A DNA stretch of 51,797 nucleotides, filler included, from Catajapyx aquilonaris (taxonomy: Eukaryota), in NCBI GenBank assembly GCA_000934665.2. It is 3 parts of 3 records of this genome, joined end to end, with 100 filler letters (N's around TTAATTAATTAA, not from the genome) between each part and the next. Parts side by side here need not be neighbours in the genome. Positions count along the whole stretch, not along the records: positions 1 to 17,175 come from JYFJ02007007.1; 2 more parts are not named here. One strand, 5' to 3'. Position numbers and translations under genes: made by a program. The notes under the pieces are model-generated. The model did not search any database and was not told where the DNA came from. It worked only from the letters and a program-made list of their open reading frames with translations. Shown piece after piece: positions 1 through 12,600 of the stretch. Position 1 is the first letter of the stretch. Every line of letters starts with the position of its first letter.

Positions 1-155
1 CATGTAACAGGTATGCCAACATTGTATAGCCATAATTATTTCCAAGGTTACTACCAAATCAATGACTTACACCTACATGGAAAAGTATTTCATAACCTGA
101 GCAACGCCGGGTATCCTGCTAGTTCTCAATAAAAGGGCAATGTGCATTAACTGAC

Positions 156-2034
156 CTTGCGATTCTTCCTCTCTAAATAGGTGCTTAAGAACACTGTTCT
201 TGAGACCAGCAAAGCTAAAAGTGCAGTCTCTGTAGCGACACATAACAGGTGGAAAAGGATATGCATCTCTATTTCCTCTCTTGGCCATGTGTTCAACAGC
301 TTCTCCTCCACACATTCCTTTGCACTCAGGTAAGTTATGCAGCTTCAGTCTTCTAGCAGTCTGATTGCAAGAAAGTGGATGTAATTGCTCAAATAATCCA
401 GGCTGGATACACAGTGCATACCTTGTCATAAGCATCTCCTGGAGAATCATCAATCGTTTGACCCAGAAGCAAGAACCTGTCGACACTTTTGGCGACAGCT
501 AACAGGCAATGCCCACCAGACATCAAGAGAACCAGGAAGGGAAATTCCACCTGAAGCAATGAATGAAGTTGATTGGTAATGTCTCACCTACTTGGTACAT
601 GTTTAGTGATTGTCAATTGATTTATTGCTTCAAAAAAAAAAATCAGCTCAAGGTGGCATCACATTACAGTATTATTTGTGATATATCCATGGTTAATAAT
701 AATAACATAAAATTATATTGTAACTTGTTATTCCGTACCCACTGAGTTATCTGACAGCCACCCACTCCAAATAGCTCAATGTGATACAGTCTGAGGGCTG
801 TATGAGACTTTGCAAAATTTGGAGTTGTCACATGTCACACAATTTACCCGGGGTACTATCGGTGCAGCAATGATACGGACACTTGTCAATGGTCAGCTTA
901 CCCCCAGCCCCAAGTGTCCATACCTAGGAAATTATCATAGGCAAGACATGACATCTTTGTGATCCGCTTCTCACCCTCAGTTATCACACTGGGTTGTCTG
1001 GAGTGGATGGCATTCAGGGTGGTGAGTGGGGTCTGCCTTTTAATATTGGATCCACTATGCTGTTCTTTCTGTTTGTCCAACAGGCAATACAGCACCTCTG
1101 AGGATGCAAATTCAGATTATGCACTTTCGATGAAGTCTTAAAAAGGCATTGTTTTTGTTCATCTTTATGTAGGAGGCATATCACAGTGATATGCACTTTG
1201 TTTTGCTTTTTCTGTTGTTTCTCTCTTGGTCCTATTCCCACAAAAAAATTCAAAAGTGCAGCTTGAAATGGTAATTATTCTGAGTGCAATTCAAAAATAA
1301 CCAAACAAGCACATACAGTATTCTCCCCATATCCATAGGGTATAGGTTCCACTCACATGTACAGAGGTGAAACCATGTGTACATAATACTGAACAGAAGG
1401 GCATCAGCAGCTCCGGTCACTATCTTCCTACCTTGTCAATCATTCGAGCAGTTAAAGCGTGAGCTTCCATGTGATGAATGGGAATAAAAGGCTTCTGAGA
1501 TTCCTGACTAAGCCGCTTCCCATATTTCATCCCAACAAGCAAAGATAATGGAAGACCTGAAGTAATACATAATTGAAATGTAACACACAATGTAACATGA
1601 AGCACTTATAACTCACCTGGTTTCACAGTTGTTGCAATGGCAGTTAAATCATTTAAACTCATGCCAGCATTATTGAAACACTCACTAACAACTGCCTCAA
1701 TATTGTTAGCATGTAAATCTCTGGCTATGGGAGGTATAATCCCACCATTTCTGCAAGTAGAAAAGAATGCATTTCAAAAGGACATATTCTGGTATTGTTT
1801 CCAGAGCATAACTCAGACCTACCTAACGTGAATGTGCTTTTGGGAGTGTAGCGATTCACCTAAAATATTTCCTTTTTCATCCACAATCGCAGCTCCAGTA
1901 TCATCACAACTTGTTTCTATACCCAATATCGCAGTGGATAATGATGCAGTAGCATTCTTCCATAACAGGTTTGTCCTACTAAGGGTGCTGAGCCTTGATA
2001 TGACTTTGGATGATACACTAGCAAGTGATGACAT
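156..2034 (-). CDS. OSGEPL1: Mitochondrial tRNA N6-adenosine threonylcarbamoyltransferase (Qri7/TsaD family), 5' partial CDS
   Basis: Exons 2034-1823, 1750-1617, 1556-1432, 550-422 and 360-156 have GT-AG boundaries and consistent phases (805 nt). Family motifs are ILGIETSCDDTGAA, GGIIPP, TVKPGL, PIHHMEAHALT, FPFLVLLMSGGH, DDSPGDAYDK and FSFAGLK. The Ser/Arg-rich, acid-free N-terminus resembles a mitochondrial presequence. Remaining exons lie beyond position 1. Confidence 0.96.
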
Positions 2035-2999
2035 TTTCACTTCCAGCAATAACTGTAATACAAGGCAGAAAATTAATATACAAATCATTATACCCATCCA
2101 CTATGTGAATATGTAATCTGGTGTGTCACATTTTACACTTCCTTGCAAGTGCAAAAAAAAACAAAAAAAAAACAACTGAAACTAAAACATAATTCTCAAT
2201 GGTGTTTTTGTCTTTCATAGAAATGGTTTTCTTTCTTCCCTCCAAAAATTGAGTTTGATGACATTCAGCTTGTTTTTCATAATAGAAAATAACAAAACCA
2301 TTTGAGGCCCCAAAAAAAACCTATTAACTCTGCCTACAAAGCCACAATTACATGATGCAGGAGTGATTTTGCATCATTTTCTGGTCCATCACACTTCTGA
2401 GAATGTACCTAAACCCTCATTTCATGAGCATTTTCTTTCCCTTCATCCCAGGTGGTTTTTATATCTTCCTAAAAAAACGGGTTTGACTGGCATAATCAAA
2501 TGAAACTTGTGTTTCAGCTATTCAGGGGGGGAAAAAAAACCTTGCTCTTTTGCATAACAAAACTGACTTCAATGTGCAGATGTAATTTTGCATCCTCTTT
2601 TGGTCCATCACACTCTCGAGCGCTCTGGAGTATGTAACTGTTTAGTTACATCCTCTAAATATGGAAATTTTTTGTCACTTTCTTTGCAGATGTCACTGAG
2701 GGAAAATGGTGTGGGTACGTTTATTAGATGAGCATTTTTATAGAACTAGAAACAAACAAGCCTTATACACAAGCACAATATCTAAATTTTTATTTAAGTG
2801 TATTCAAATGTGACAGAGTTCTTTCACAATTTGCTTGGCACTGGGTACACATGTCCCATGTTAATAAAACAGCCAATAACTGCGGCTGTAGCCTACATGT
2901 ACCTTGAGATTCAGAATTAGCAGACAGTGTACTGTCATTAAGTGTAAACAGCAGCAAAGACTTATGCATAAACATGTTTAATTACTAACGCACACTTAT

Positions 3000-3644
3000 G
3001 CGTACCAACATATTTGTGTACCTTTTCTAACCAGATTTAATACCCACTTTGTGCAGTGGCCGTGTAATCGTGGTCGTGGTCTTACAACTAAAAATTGCTC
3101 AGAAATCTACGAACTGGAAGCCGCCATGCGTATTCATCCTCCAACGATGACGTATAAACTAGTAACTAGCAGAGCAGCAGACGCATAAAATTACACACCA
3201 CTCACCAGATGGCAGTCAAACAATTGCATTAACTATCGTAATTTGTAATTAAATATTGAACCACATAAATTACTCTCCTTCCCACTTACAGTTGCATTAA
3301 TTTCTTTTTGTAAATGTTCATAAACTGGCTGCCACTAAACACGACTTCATTTGGCAACCCTGGAGCCTGATGCATATATATTTTTTTATGTACACCTCAC
3401 TGTCGATTGACCAGTGTCCCGCTTGTGATTTTCCCCATGTCCTGCTGTCACCTGGACGGGGGGAAATGCCGTCCGATTTGCGTCTAAGTTGGACAGGCTT
3501 CATGCTGTCTTCATGAGCCGGGGCTAGAGAGGCCGCACTTGGGAGTCATCGGGTGAGGAGGGGGACTTGTGCGCGGGGCCTAGCGACGTCGTTGCGGTTT
3601 TAAAGAGGTCTGAAGAAAAGCGTGTGGACGTACGCACAGAAGCC
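3000..3644. promoter_or_regulatory. Probable bidirectional promoter region between OSGEPL1 and the RBM33-like gene
   Basis: It lies between two divergent genes and is locally richer in CpG than either gene body. YY1-like CCGCCAT at ~3121 and CATGGCG at 3644; CTCF-like CACCAGATGGCAG at 3203-3215. OSGEPL1 needs a non-coding first exon because a splice acceptor (2053-2054) sits just upstream of its ATG. Confidence 0.6.
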
Positions 3645-6600
3645 ATGGCGTCTCAGCCCAGGTTGGTTCACTGCACGTGTCTGGACAAGTAACTTAACCT
3701 TTGAAGTACAACAAAAGTTTGGAATATAATTACCATGTCAGTACAAGCAGTAAATGACCCAAGTTACCCAATAAGTTACCACTGTTGCCCAAACTACCAG
3801 AGAGCTACTCACGTGCGTGTAATTGCTTATTGAAGGCTTGCACTATAGTTGAATCGGTATTAGACATTGCTGTGAGACTTTTCATGAGACCTTAACAATG
3901 CAATAGAGTGTAATTTTAAATGAGCACTCATGCCCTGCTGCGTGTACGATGAAGCATGTTTAGTTATTTAATTTGATGCTGCTGGTGCTGTGGTACGGCA
4001 TGTTTGAACCAGTGTTTTGGTTGGAGCGGGTTAGGGAGATTTCATTACCATTTCGGAGTAAACATTTGAGAATCAGTGATTTAACATGTGCAGAGGAGAA
4101 GGATCAGATTTGATATGTATGCATTACTGTTTGTGTGGCAAGTAGAATACATTGATGAAACACGCACATTTTGGAGTTGTTCATAGCTGTGAGCAAAGTA
4201 TGATACAAATATTTTATAAAGGAAGTTTCATGATGCATTGATTTAATGATGATTAAGTTTACTAATTGATTTATTCAAACATTTGCTAACAAGATTTGTG
4301 CAAGATTTTGGTTATGAGTCTGTCACTACTTGGAATGTACAGTGAAACATGTGTATCTAGCAGAATTGCATGGGACCTGAAAAATTTTCATAATGGACAG
4401 GTTTCCACTTTATGCTTCAAAAAATACATTGCATGACCTGTGCACGTTGCCAAAAATTATCGCACAATGGACAATAGGGTGGAGCGAAAAAAACGAGTTG
4501 TCTGATTAAATCGCATGGGGTGTCAAAAGTTGTGTATGGACAAGTATAAAACTGGTGAATTATTTTAGAATTTTCGTACTTCATCTTCATTTATCGGAAG
4601 AGTCTTCAAGTTTCGCAATTTTTGCGAGAACAACATATATTACATTATGCAACACGATTTTTGTCCATGGAAATTTGTCGCTATTTCCATGTTGCTGAGG
4701 TCACTGGTAACTCATAATTGAGCATTCATTTTGTCTGGGATTTGTTTTCGACCTTGGGGCAGTTGCAGTCAAAAACCCAAATTCCTCGAAATAGTGCATT
4801 CGGGTCATTCCAAATCAAGTAGGCCGAAATGTTGCTAGACCATCTCGGAATTTGATGAAAAATATCACCGCTGTACATGACTATGCCATAACACATCATG
4901 TCAAGTTTCAGCCAAATTTACGCAATACCTTTGGGAGGGGAAAAATCGCGCAATTTAGGAAAATACTGATCATGAGGCCCTTTTGGTTAATTTTTTCGGT
5001 TAGTGAAAGTGGTCAAACACCAATAAACAATACATCAAATGAAAGAGGATGACGAGGGGAATGCGTCTATGGAATTAGTTCTCCTCTCAAATGAAACCAG
5101 AAAAATGTGTGTGGCATTCCATCGGTCACGTGCCCTGTCACATGTCCAAGAATTTTGAAATTTTCTGGTTTCATTTGAGAGGAGAACTAATTCCATAGAC
5201 GCATTCCCCTCGTCATCCTCTTTCATTTGATGTATTGTTTATTGGTGTTTGACCACTTCCACTAACCGAAAAAATTAACCAAACGGGCCTCATTATCAGA
5301 ATTTGCCTAAATTTCGCAATTTTTTCCCTCCCAACGGTATTGCGTAAATTTGGCTGAAACTTGACATGACGTGTTATGGCATAGTCATGTACAGCGGTGA
5401 TATTTTTCATCAAATTCCGAGATGGTCTAGCAACATTTCGGCCTACTTAATTCGGAATGACCCGTATGCACTATTTCGAGGAATTTGGGTTGTTGACTGC
5501 AACTGCCCCAAGGTCGAAAACAAATCCCAGACAAAATGAATGCTCAATTATGAGTGACCAAAGCAACATGGAAATAGCGACGAATTTCCATGGACAAAAA
5601 TCGTGTTGCATAATGTAATATGTGTTGTTCTCGCAAAAATTGCGAAACTTGAAGACTCTTCCGACAAATGAAGATGAAGTACGGAAATTCTAAAAAATTC
5701 ACCTATGTTATACTTGTCCATACACAACTTTTGACACCCCGTGCGATTTAATCGGATAACTTTAGTTTTTTTCGCTCCACCCTAATGGACAAGTTTTCAG
5801 TATACCTAGGGTCCTTTATGGACATATTTCACTGTATTTGAAAGATTTAACATTGAATAATAATTATGAAAACAAGGCTAGTGTGCTAAAAATGGAAATA
5901 TTATTTTACAGTTTAGGAGATGAGTTATTAGATGAGGAAGACTCTATTGACCAAGATTATGATCTGGGAGATGATGAAGAGAATGCCCTTCTAGCAGATG
6001 ATGAGGTAAAGTATACACAATTTTGTACTACTCACCTAGCGCTTGAAGTTAATAGGCGTTAACTCATTTTCTGCACACCTGGGCCTATTCCGCTATCACA
6101 ACATTCTGCTGGCCTAAGTTGCGGTAAAGTGGCAGTATCTGTAACATGCAAGAGTTATAAGATAACTTTTGAATCGAGCACATGTAGAGTAAATAGTAGA
6201 GGAATATCAAGTCAGGGACTTTGCTCCATCTCTGGTTGGCCTAAGTAACTCAGTGGCTTCAGTATTTTACCATGGTTTGACTGCCACCTTGAAGCCAAAC
6301 ACTTCCCACAATCAAGCATTACTTCTGGGCAGATTTTTTTGTCACACCTCAGTGCCTGATTGGCCAACGATGCATTTTTCTATGTTGGCAAATTCTGCCT
6401 TCATGGGTTGTGGAACTGCCAGCAGCTAACCAGGAAGCACCTCTTTCAGAAATGTTTGGCTGGCTTTCAATACTGTTTCATTCTGCATTTATTCTCAGAC
6501 ATATTGATTTCCACCCACACTCCACAAACCAGATAGGCTGTTTGTTGTAACGATATTTTTCTTACAAATGTTGTCAGTTAATATACGTGTGTGGTGTAAC

Positions 6601-9600
6601 CAAATAGCTCTCACTATATTTGCCTGTTTGAATGTTGAAATAATTGTGAATTTTAAAAATGTGGTAAATACCACAGCAATTTTAACGGCCTGTATTGTGT
6701 GAAAGATGGTTTATGCCAAATGAGTAGACCTATCTCTACCAGAGATTCGGGACCAGAAATTTGAAACCAGTGGCACCAAACCATGTCTGATATGGGTAGT
6801 CCAGAAAGTACATTGTCAACGTGGTGACCATGACAGGGTATGGAGGATTAGGTCATCGTGATGCCACACTCACAAGTCAGAAGCCATATGCACTGAGGTA
6901 AACTACCAATCATCAATTTGAAGGGAAGGCATGAAAGTTTGAACGAGGAGGGCATAAGCGCATAACACTGCAATTTTTTGAGGGAAGGGCCTGTCACAGT
7001 GTGGCTAATTATTTATTTATTACTTACCCTGGTGGGCACAATGGCCATTGGGGGGAGACAGCCAATGGCAACAATAAATTTTACACACACAAAAATATTT
7101 ACAGTATTTGAGGTACTCATTTAAGCAAACGAATTGTAAGTTGAAAAAGAAACATTGAGTCGATGTAAACAGGAAAAAAATGCAGGGCAACAGTTGGAAA
7201 CATCAGTATGTGAAAATATTCACTCTCTTTACATTTTAAAAAAAATTAAATAAATTATAGAAGTCGTCTTTTTATGGCGCAGCAGTCTCAGTGGCTATAC
7301 TGCACCAGAAACAAACATACAAAATCGCGTGACAACCGATCGTCACCAGAAACTTCATCACCTTATCACAGCTATCCATATGTAGCCACCTAAGCAATGA
7401 ATGGCATGTGCGTATTTTGTTTTTGTGGCTGACAATATAGTTTTCATTACTATGCACTTTTTGCTTGTTATTACTGGCAAGCATAAGGGAACTGGGAGAG
7501 AGTAGCGGAGAGGCAGGAAGTTGTGGCAGGAAAATGCAGGTGGTTTTATCTGTAGTACCCTGTTATGTTGGGCTTACATGATCACATTATCTCTATTCAA
7601 CTGTAAAGCTCATGCAGCATGTCACTGGTTGCAATACTAAAAGTAATTATGAATAAAACTTTGAATACAAAGGATTTAAAAGTGAGGGAGTTGTCACTTT
7701 GGTGCTCTGTTTTGTTGTTTGGTGTGTAGGCACTGTATGTAGATGCTTCAGTGTACATGTAGAATTATCATGATGACTTTCCCAGTTAAAAGCTATAAGT
7801 AAGGTCTTATCCAACCATGGTATGACTTCATCACATACCTGCAGCTTCAGCATAATATGCAAGCATCTGACTTTCAGTTGAGCAACATCTCATTCCTCAA
7901 CCATGGCAGCACTTGCTTAGCCTACTCCGTAGCCTACTCCAATTTGCTTAGTTTGCACTGTGCCACTAGACAGTGCAGTACTCAAGCATTTGCATCCTGC
8001 TAAGGAAGAATTGGCTGATCTTTTGGAGACTGTGTCAGAGTTACAATATTGTCCAACATCCCAACATCACTCAGGACCACTAGCTTATGGGGAATGTCAA
8101 CACCCTCCCAGAGGAAAGAGTAATATCAATTATTTACCATGTTTGTGTCTGTCAAATTGCTTGTATTAAACCTTGGCAATGAGTCAATCATTGTTACGTG
8201 GGGAACTATTTTGTGTAGGTCAAAATTCTTACCAAAGTCATGAAGCAGTCATTGTCATATGTGGCACTGTTACTGTGACATATCGGTGAGGCAAAGATCC
8301 TGTCCTTTTCTTGTAACTACTACTGACTTGTGAGTTGGTATTAATGAAATCATGAACTATTTTACGGATTCTTGTCAGGGCTTAAAATTTTGTTAGCAGT
8401 TCCTGGGTGATAGGCCTGGGCATTTTACAGGATCCTCTTTTAAATGCCCATCATTATTTAAGGGCTGTGCAGTAGATGGATTTTCATAGTGTGTGGAAAC
8501 TTAGAAGAATCCTGAGAATACTCCCTCACGATCACAAAGATTCTATAGAAATTCTTTCCACGTGAGAAAGTCATGTCTGACTCGGGGACCGAACCTTGGA
8601 CCTGAGGCGTGGAAGACTGTCGCTTAACCACTGTGCAACTATTCCACTTTAAAAACTTTTATTGCTCATGCTCAAGATCTGTTTCTATTTGTCTCTGCAC
8701 TAATGCAAATGCATCAAGGAATATTTGATGGATTGAAAGGAAGGAAGGCAAAGTACATGGTCTTTATGAGGTTATTTATTTGTGACTCTTATGTGTAAAG
8801 AGGGAGCTGTCTCAGGATCAGAACATCACATTTTCCACTTGGGAACTAATACACATGTCAGATTTGCATGTACCCTTGCTACACCTAAATTGGTAAAAGC
8901 AACTCATGTCTCACATTCTTTTTAGTTCTGTATGATGACATTACGTACGGGGGAAAAAAGGCTTTGACTCTTTGAGTATCGCCTTAAGAAAACCAAGTCT
9001 GCACAAAAATTGGAAACGATTTTGTTTGTGTGAACAGGGCATATCTAGTGAACTATTTTACTGTCCCCCCTTCAGTCATTTTGTTTGTTTGTCTGTAGCC
9101 TTACTTTGCATTGGAGCATAGTCCCCACATAAAGGCTCTTGCCGTAGAACAGGGTACATCAATACATACACAGGGTAACCCAAAAGTATAAAAATAAATA
9201 AAATTCTCCCTTGTGTTATTTTTAGGAGGACATTGAGAATAATTATAAGACTGAGGAACAACCTTACCATGCAGAACGGAACCAGGACAGAAACTACAGA
9301 GAGTAAGTATATACTGTGTATGCCATATGCAGGATAATGGGGTTGAGTAAAGCATGATGATTACTACCTCCAGTAGTGAATTATCATTTCCACTCATTCC
9401 CATTGTCTACGCAAGAGTGGAGAGTGCATGTGTTTTGGGAGCAAGTAACCGCACCACATTGCTGTAGGTGTCAACTTAGGCAGTGCACCTCCGTATAATT
9501 AATAATTTGACACTCTTTATTTTTTCTCAGTCATGAGGAGGCAGTTGAAGATGATGTCCTGGACTTGGTGGTGAATGAGGTAGATGAATTTGCATCTGAG

Positions 9601-12600
9601 CTAGATGATGGACCTCTGGGTGCAGAGTTTGGGGATACTACCAGAGACAACACTAGTATTGCTCAGACTAGTGTTGCAGATAGTACTGTTGGAGAGAGCT
9701 TCTTGGTCAGTTGATGTTCAGAAATTGTTTTGTCAGAATGTAACTATCACATTCATTCAAAGATTATACCAAGTAAGACAGGGGAATCTTTAGGGCATCT
9801 ATTTTGATTATTCCTTGTGACGTGTAAAGGACATGCACTGCTACGGCAGTGAAAAAATACAGCAGACTTAAACAGTTACGACACAATGTAATGCAGTTTC
9901 TGTATGGCCTCTCAGTTGTACCAACATGAGAAAATAAACTGTAATTTTGTAAGCTCAAGAGTGCTCTAAACAGCCAAACAAGCAAAGCCCACCATCAGAA
10001 TCTGTGCCCCTTTAGGAAATAATCCTGTCAGTAGTTATAAAATCTACTAATGCTGTAGACATGGAAGAAAAATCAATACTATTGATGCTTTTAAATGCCT
10101 TCTGTTGCTGTTTGAAACTTGACAGAATTACGAATTGACTACATTTTGGCCCACATATCTGAGGTTTGCAATCATTACTTTTTCTTTTCTAATAATAGCA
10201 TGTCTGCACAACGAGGAATAAGCAAACAGGTTGTCCTACATATTTTCTGTCTCACTTGATAGGAACCTTTATCAGTAAGTGTTTGGTATCGGTACAAGTT
10301 TGATGGCTTCTGTGTTGAACTTTGGGCGATTTTTTGTCATTCCTGGTGCCTCAACAATGTGAAAGTATCAAAAGCAGTGTACTATTTTGAATGAGTGTGG
10401 ATTGTGCCTAGTGCATTAAATTCTGCAGGAGACCACATTTTGAGTAAAAGCGAAGTTATGACTTGTTTTTCTCTCTTGCAAATGTTAGGAATGTTCCCAG
10501 ACAGAGGATCAGGTGGATAAAAAGCCAAAAGTAGATGATGTCACTTTTACAACGCAGGTGCCCTCTGCAGAAAACCAGAAAATGGATGTTAGTTTTCCTG
10601 TTGTGCAGACTGAACCAGAGGAAGAAGTTGTGCCTGATGCTGTGCCTGATAGTGAGCACCCTCTTCCAGGTGAGATTAACATTTCGAAAAGTGTTATGCT
10701 AACATGACTGTGGATCATGACATAACTTTGCAATGCATAGAAACTGATGTGAGCACTACCATGGATCAATCTGGAAATTTAGGAGAAACTGAAGAAAAGA
10801 ATGATGATTCAGAAGAAGATGAAGAAGAGGACTCAGGTCGAGGGCGGTTCAAGACCGAGAGATCAAACATCATCAGTCTGAAGTCAAACCGAAATTTCAA
10901 CATTCCTGATAGCCTTGGTAAATCATTATTTTTTAGAGACCTGGGCCTTCACGTTACCCCTAAACCTTGTTGTTGTTTTTACGGAAAAAAATTACAGACA
11001 CAGTACTCACAACTGAAGAAAAAGTAAAGCTAGAGCAGGCTGGCCAGATTAAGAAGTATCCTCCCAGAGGCAGACTTCCCCTTGGTGGAATTACTGGGGT
11101 TCCTCATGCAATGGTGCAAGGGTCACGGCCACCGACAGGTGCATCTTCCATAGTGATCACCCCGGCTGATAACACCTCTAGTTCAGTACAGCAGCCACCA
11201 GCAGGACCGAGGAAAATACTTATTAACCCCCATTTCAAAGGTGTTGTTCAAGCAAATTCAGAAGGTATAGTTCTTTAACCTTGTTATTTGACGTGATAAG
11301 TGAGCAAAATTTCAGAGCTGTATCAATGCAGAGAGGTCCACAGTGTTGAATCATCTATCCAAACTGTGAATGGCACGAAATTGTTGATTGGCAATTCCAC
11401 TGGAACAGTTTTTATAGAATGCCAATCCTAGAACCAATTTTTCCAGGTCAGGCTCCAGTTGCAGGCTTTAAAAAGCTTGAGCTCATACAACCTACTATTA
11501 GCAGCTAATATTTTTTGAAAACCACTAAAAGTATGCACAAGTAACTGCATGAAAGAAGCAGCTTAGTGCCAGAAAATTTCTTGCTGAAACAGGCAGTGTA
11601 ATTGGATCACCCAGTTATAAATGTGAATGAACACACTTTTGGGACACCATATACCTGCTGACTGTCGCTATTATCATTATTACATTTTTAGTTTTTTGAG
11701 ATGTACATTCTAGTGTTGGAATTCTTTACAGCTCGCCTGGCATGGAATAGACCGAGGCCCAAAGTGCAGCCATGGCTCACATTTCCAAACAACAACTTTA
11801 ATGAACCCCCTGGTATGGAATTCAGGCCACAAGGTCCACCAGGACAATTTTTTGAAGGCAGGGATCAGAGGCCTATGAACACTTTTCATCCTCCAATGGA
11901 GGTGAGTGCATTTTGCGTTTATGCAGTCATTGTTGCATTAGTAGATGCTGATAAACTGACTGCATTTGTGGACTTTTTTGTGGCAGCATGCATGAGTATT
12001 TTTTCTTGATATATTACAGTTTTCCTTCATCGCCTTTTGTGAAGGAAAATTTAAATAATAAGTGATAAGTAAAGGGATATTTGTTTCTTTCCCCAAGTGA
12101 AATTTTGATGTGGATTTTATGTGCCTCCATGGTTAGTTGGAAAAGTGTTGCAATAATGATGGTAAATTTCCAGGGTCCATCTAAAATGCTGTCCCCTCCA
12201 TGGGAGGACAACAGGCGCATTTCTCCTCCCTCACCTCCATCTGTCCCCATCAATATGCCTCATCATCCCCCACTACGTGTCATCCCCACTGGTCCTCCCC
12301 TGTCCAGTTCCTCTTACCCACCTGTTTCCCTAGGCCCCTTTAGCCAGCCACCACCTCCTCTTGTCCCCCGGCCAAACTTCAGCCCGCCGTTCACTCAATC
12401 AACTCAAGGTCCTCCCCCAGGGATGTCCTCTGGCCCTCCTCAGTACTCTCCTCGTCAGTCTTCCCCTCGACACTCTCTCCCTCCACCTGCCCATCAACCT
12501 CCACCTCACATGCAGCGTCCTCCAATGGGGCCTATGCACCATCCTCCACACCCACGGCAGCCCTTGCTTCCGGGGCCACCTCCCTTGATGAATCAGCACA

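Noticed and set aside
2200..2640. Degenerate ~230-bp direct duplication (TTTTGCATC...TGGTCCATCACACT) in the OSGEPL1 5' intron
   Set aside because: It looks like an old repeat fragment; no termini or function can be supported.
4852..5413. Twin ORFs MMKNITAVHDYAIT... on opposite strands
   Set aside because: They are mirror images created by the palindromic transposon, start at TTG and have no recognisable domain.
7770..7870. ATGATGA...CTGA pair as a possible intronic C/D snoRNA
   Set aside because: No terminal stem and no convincing rRNA or snRNA antisense element.
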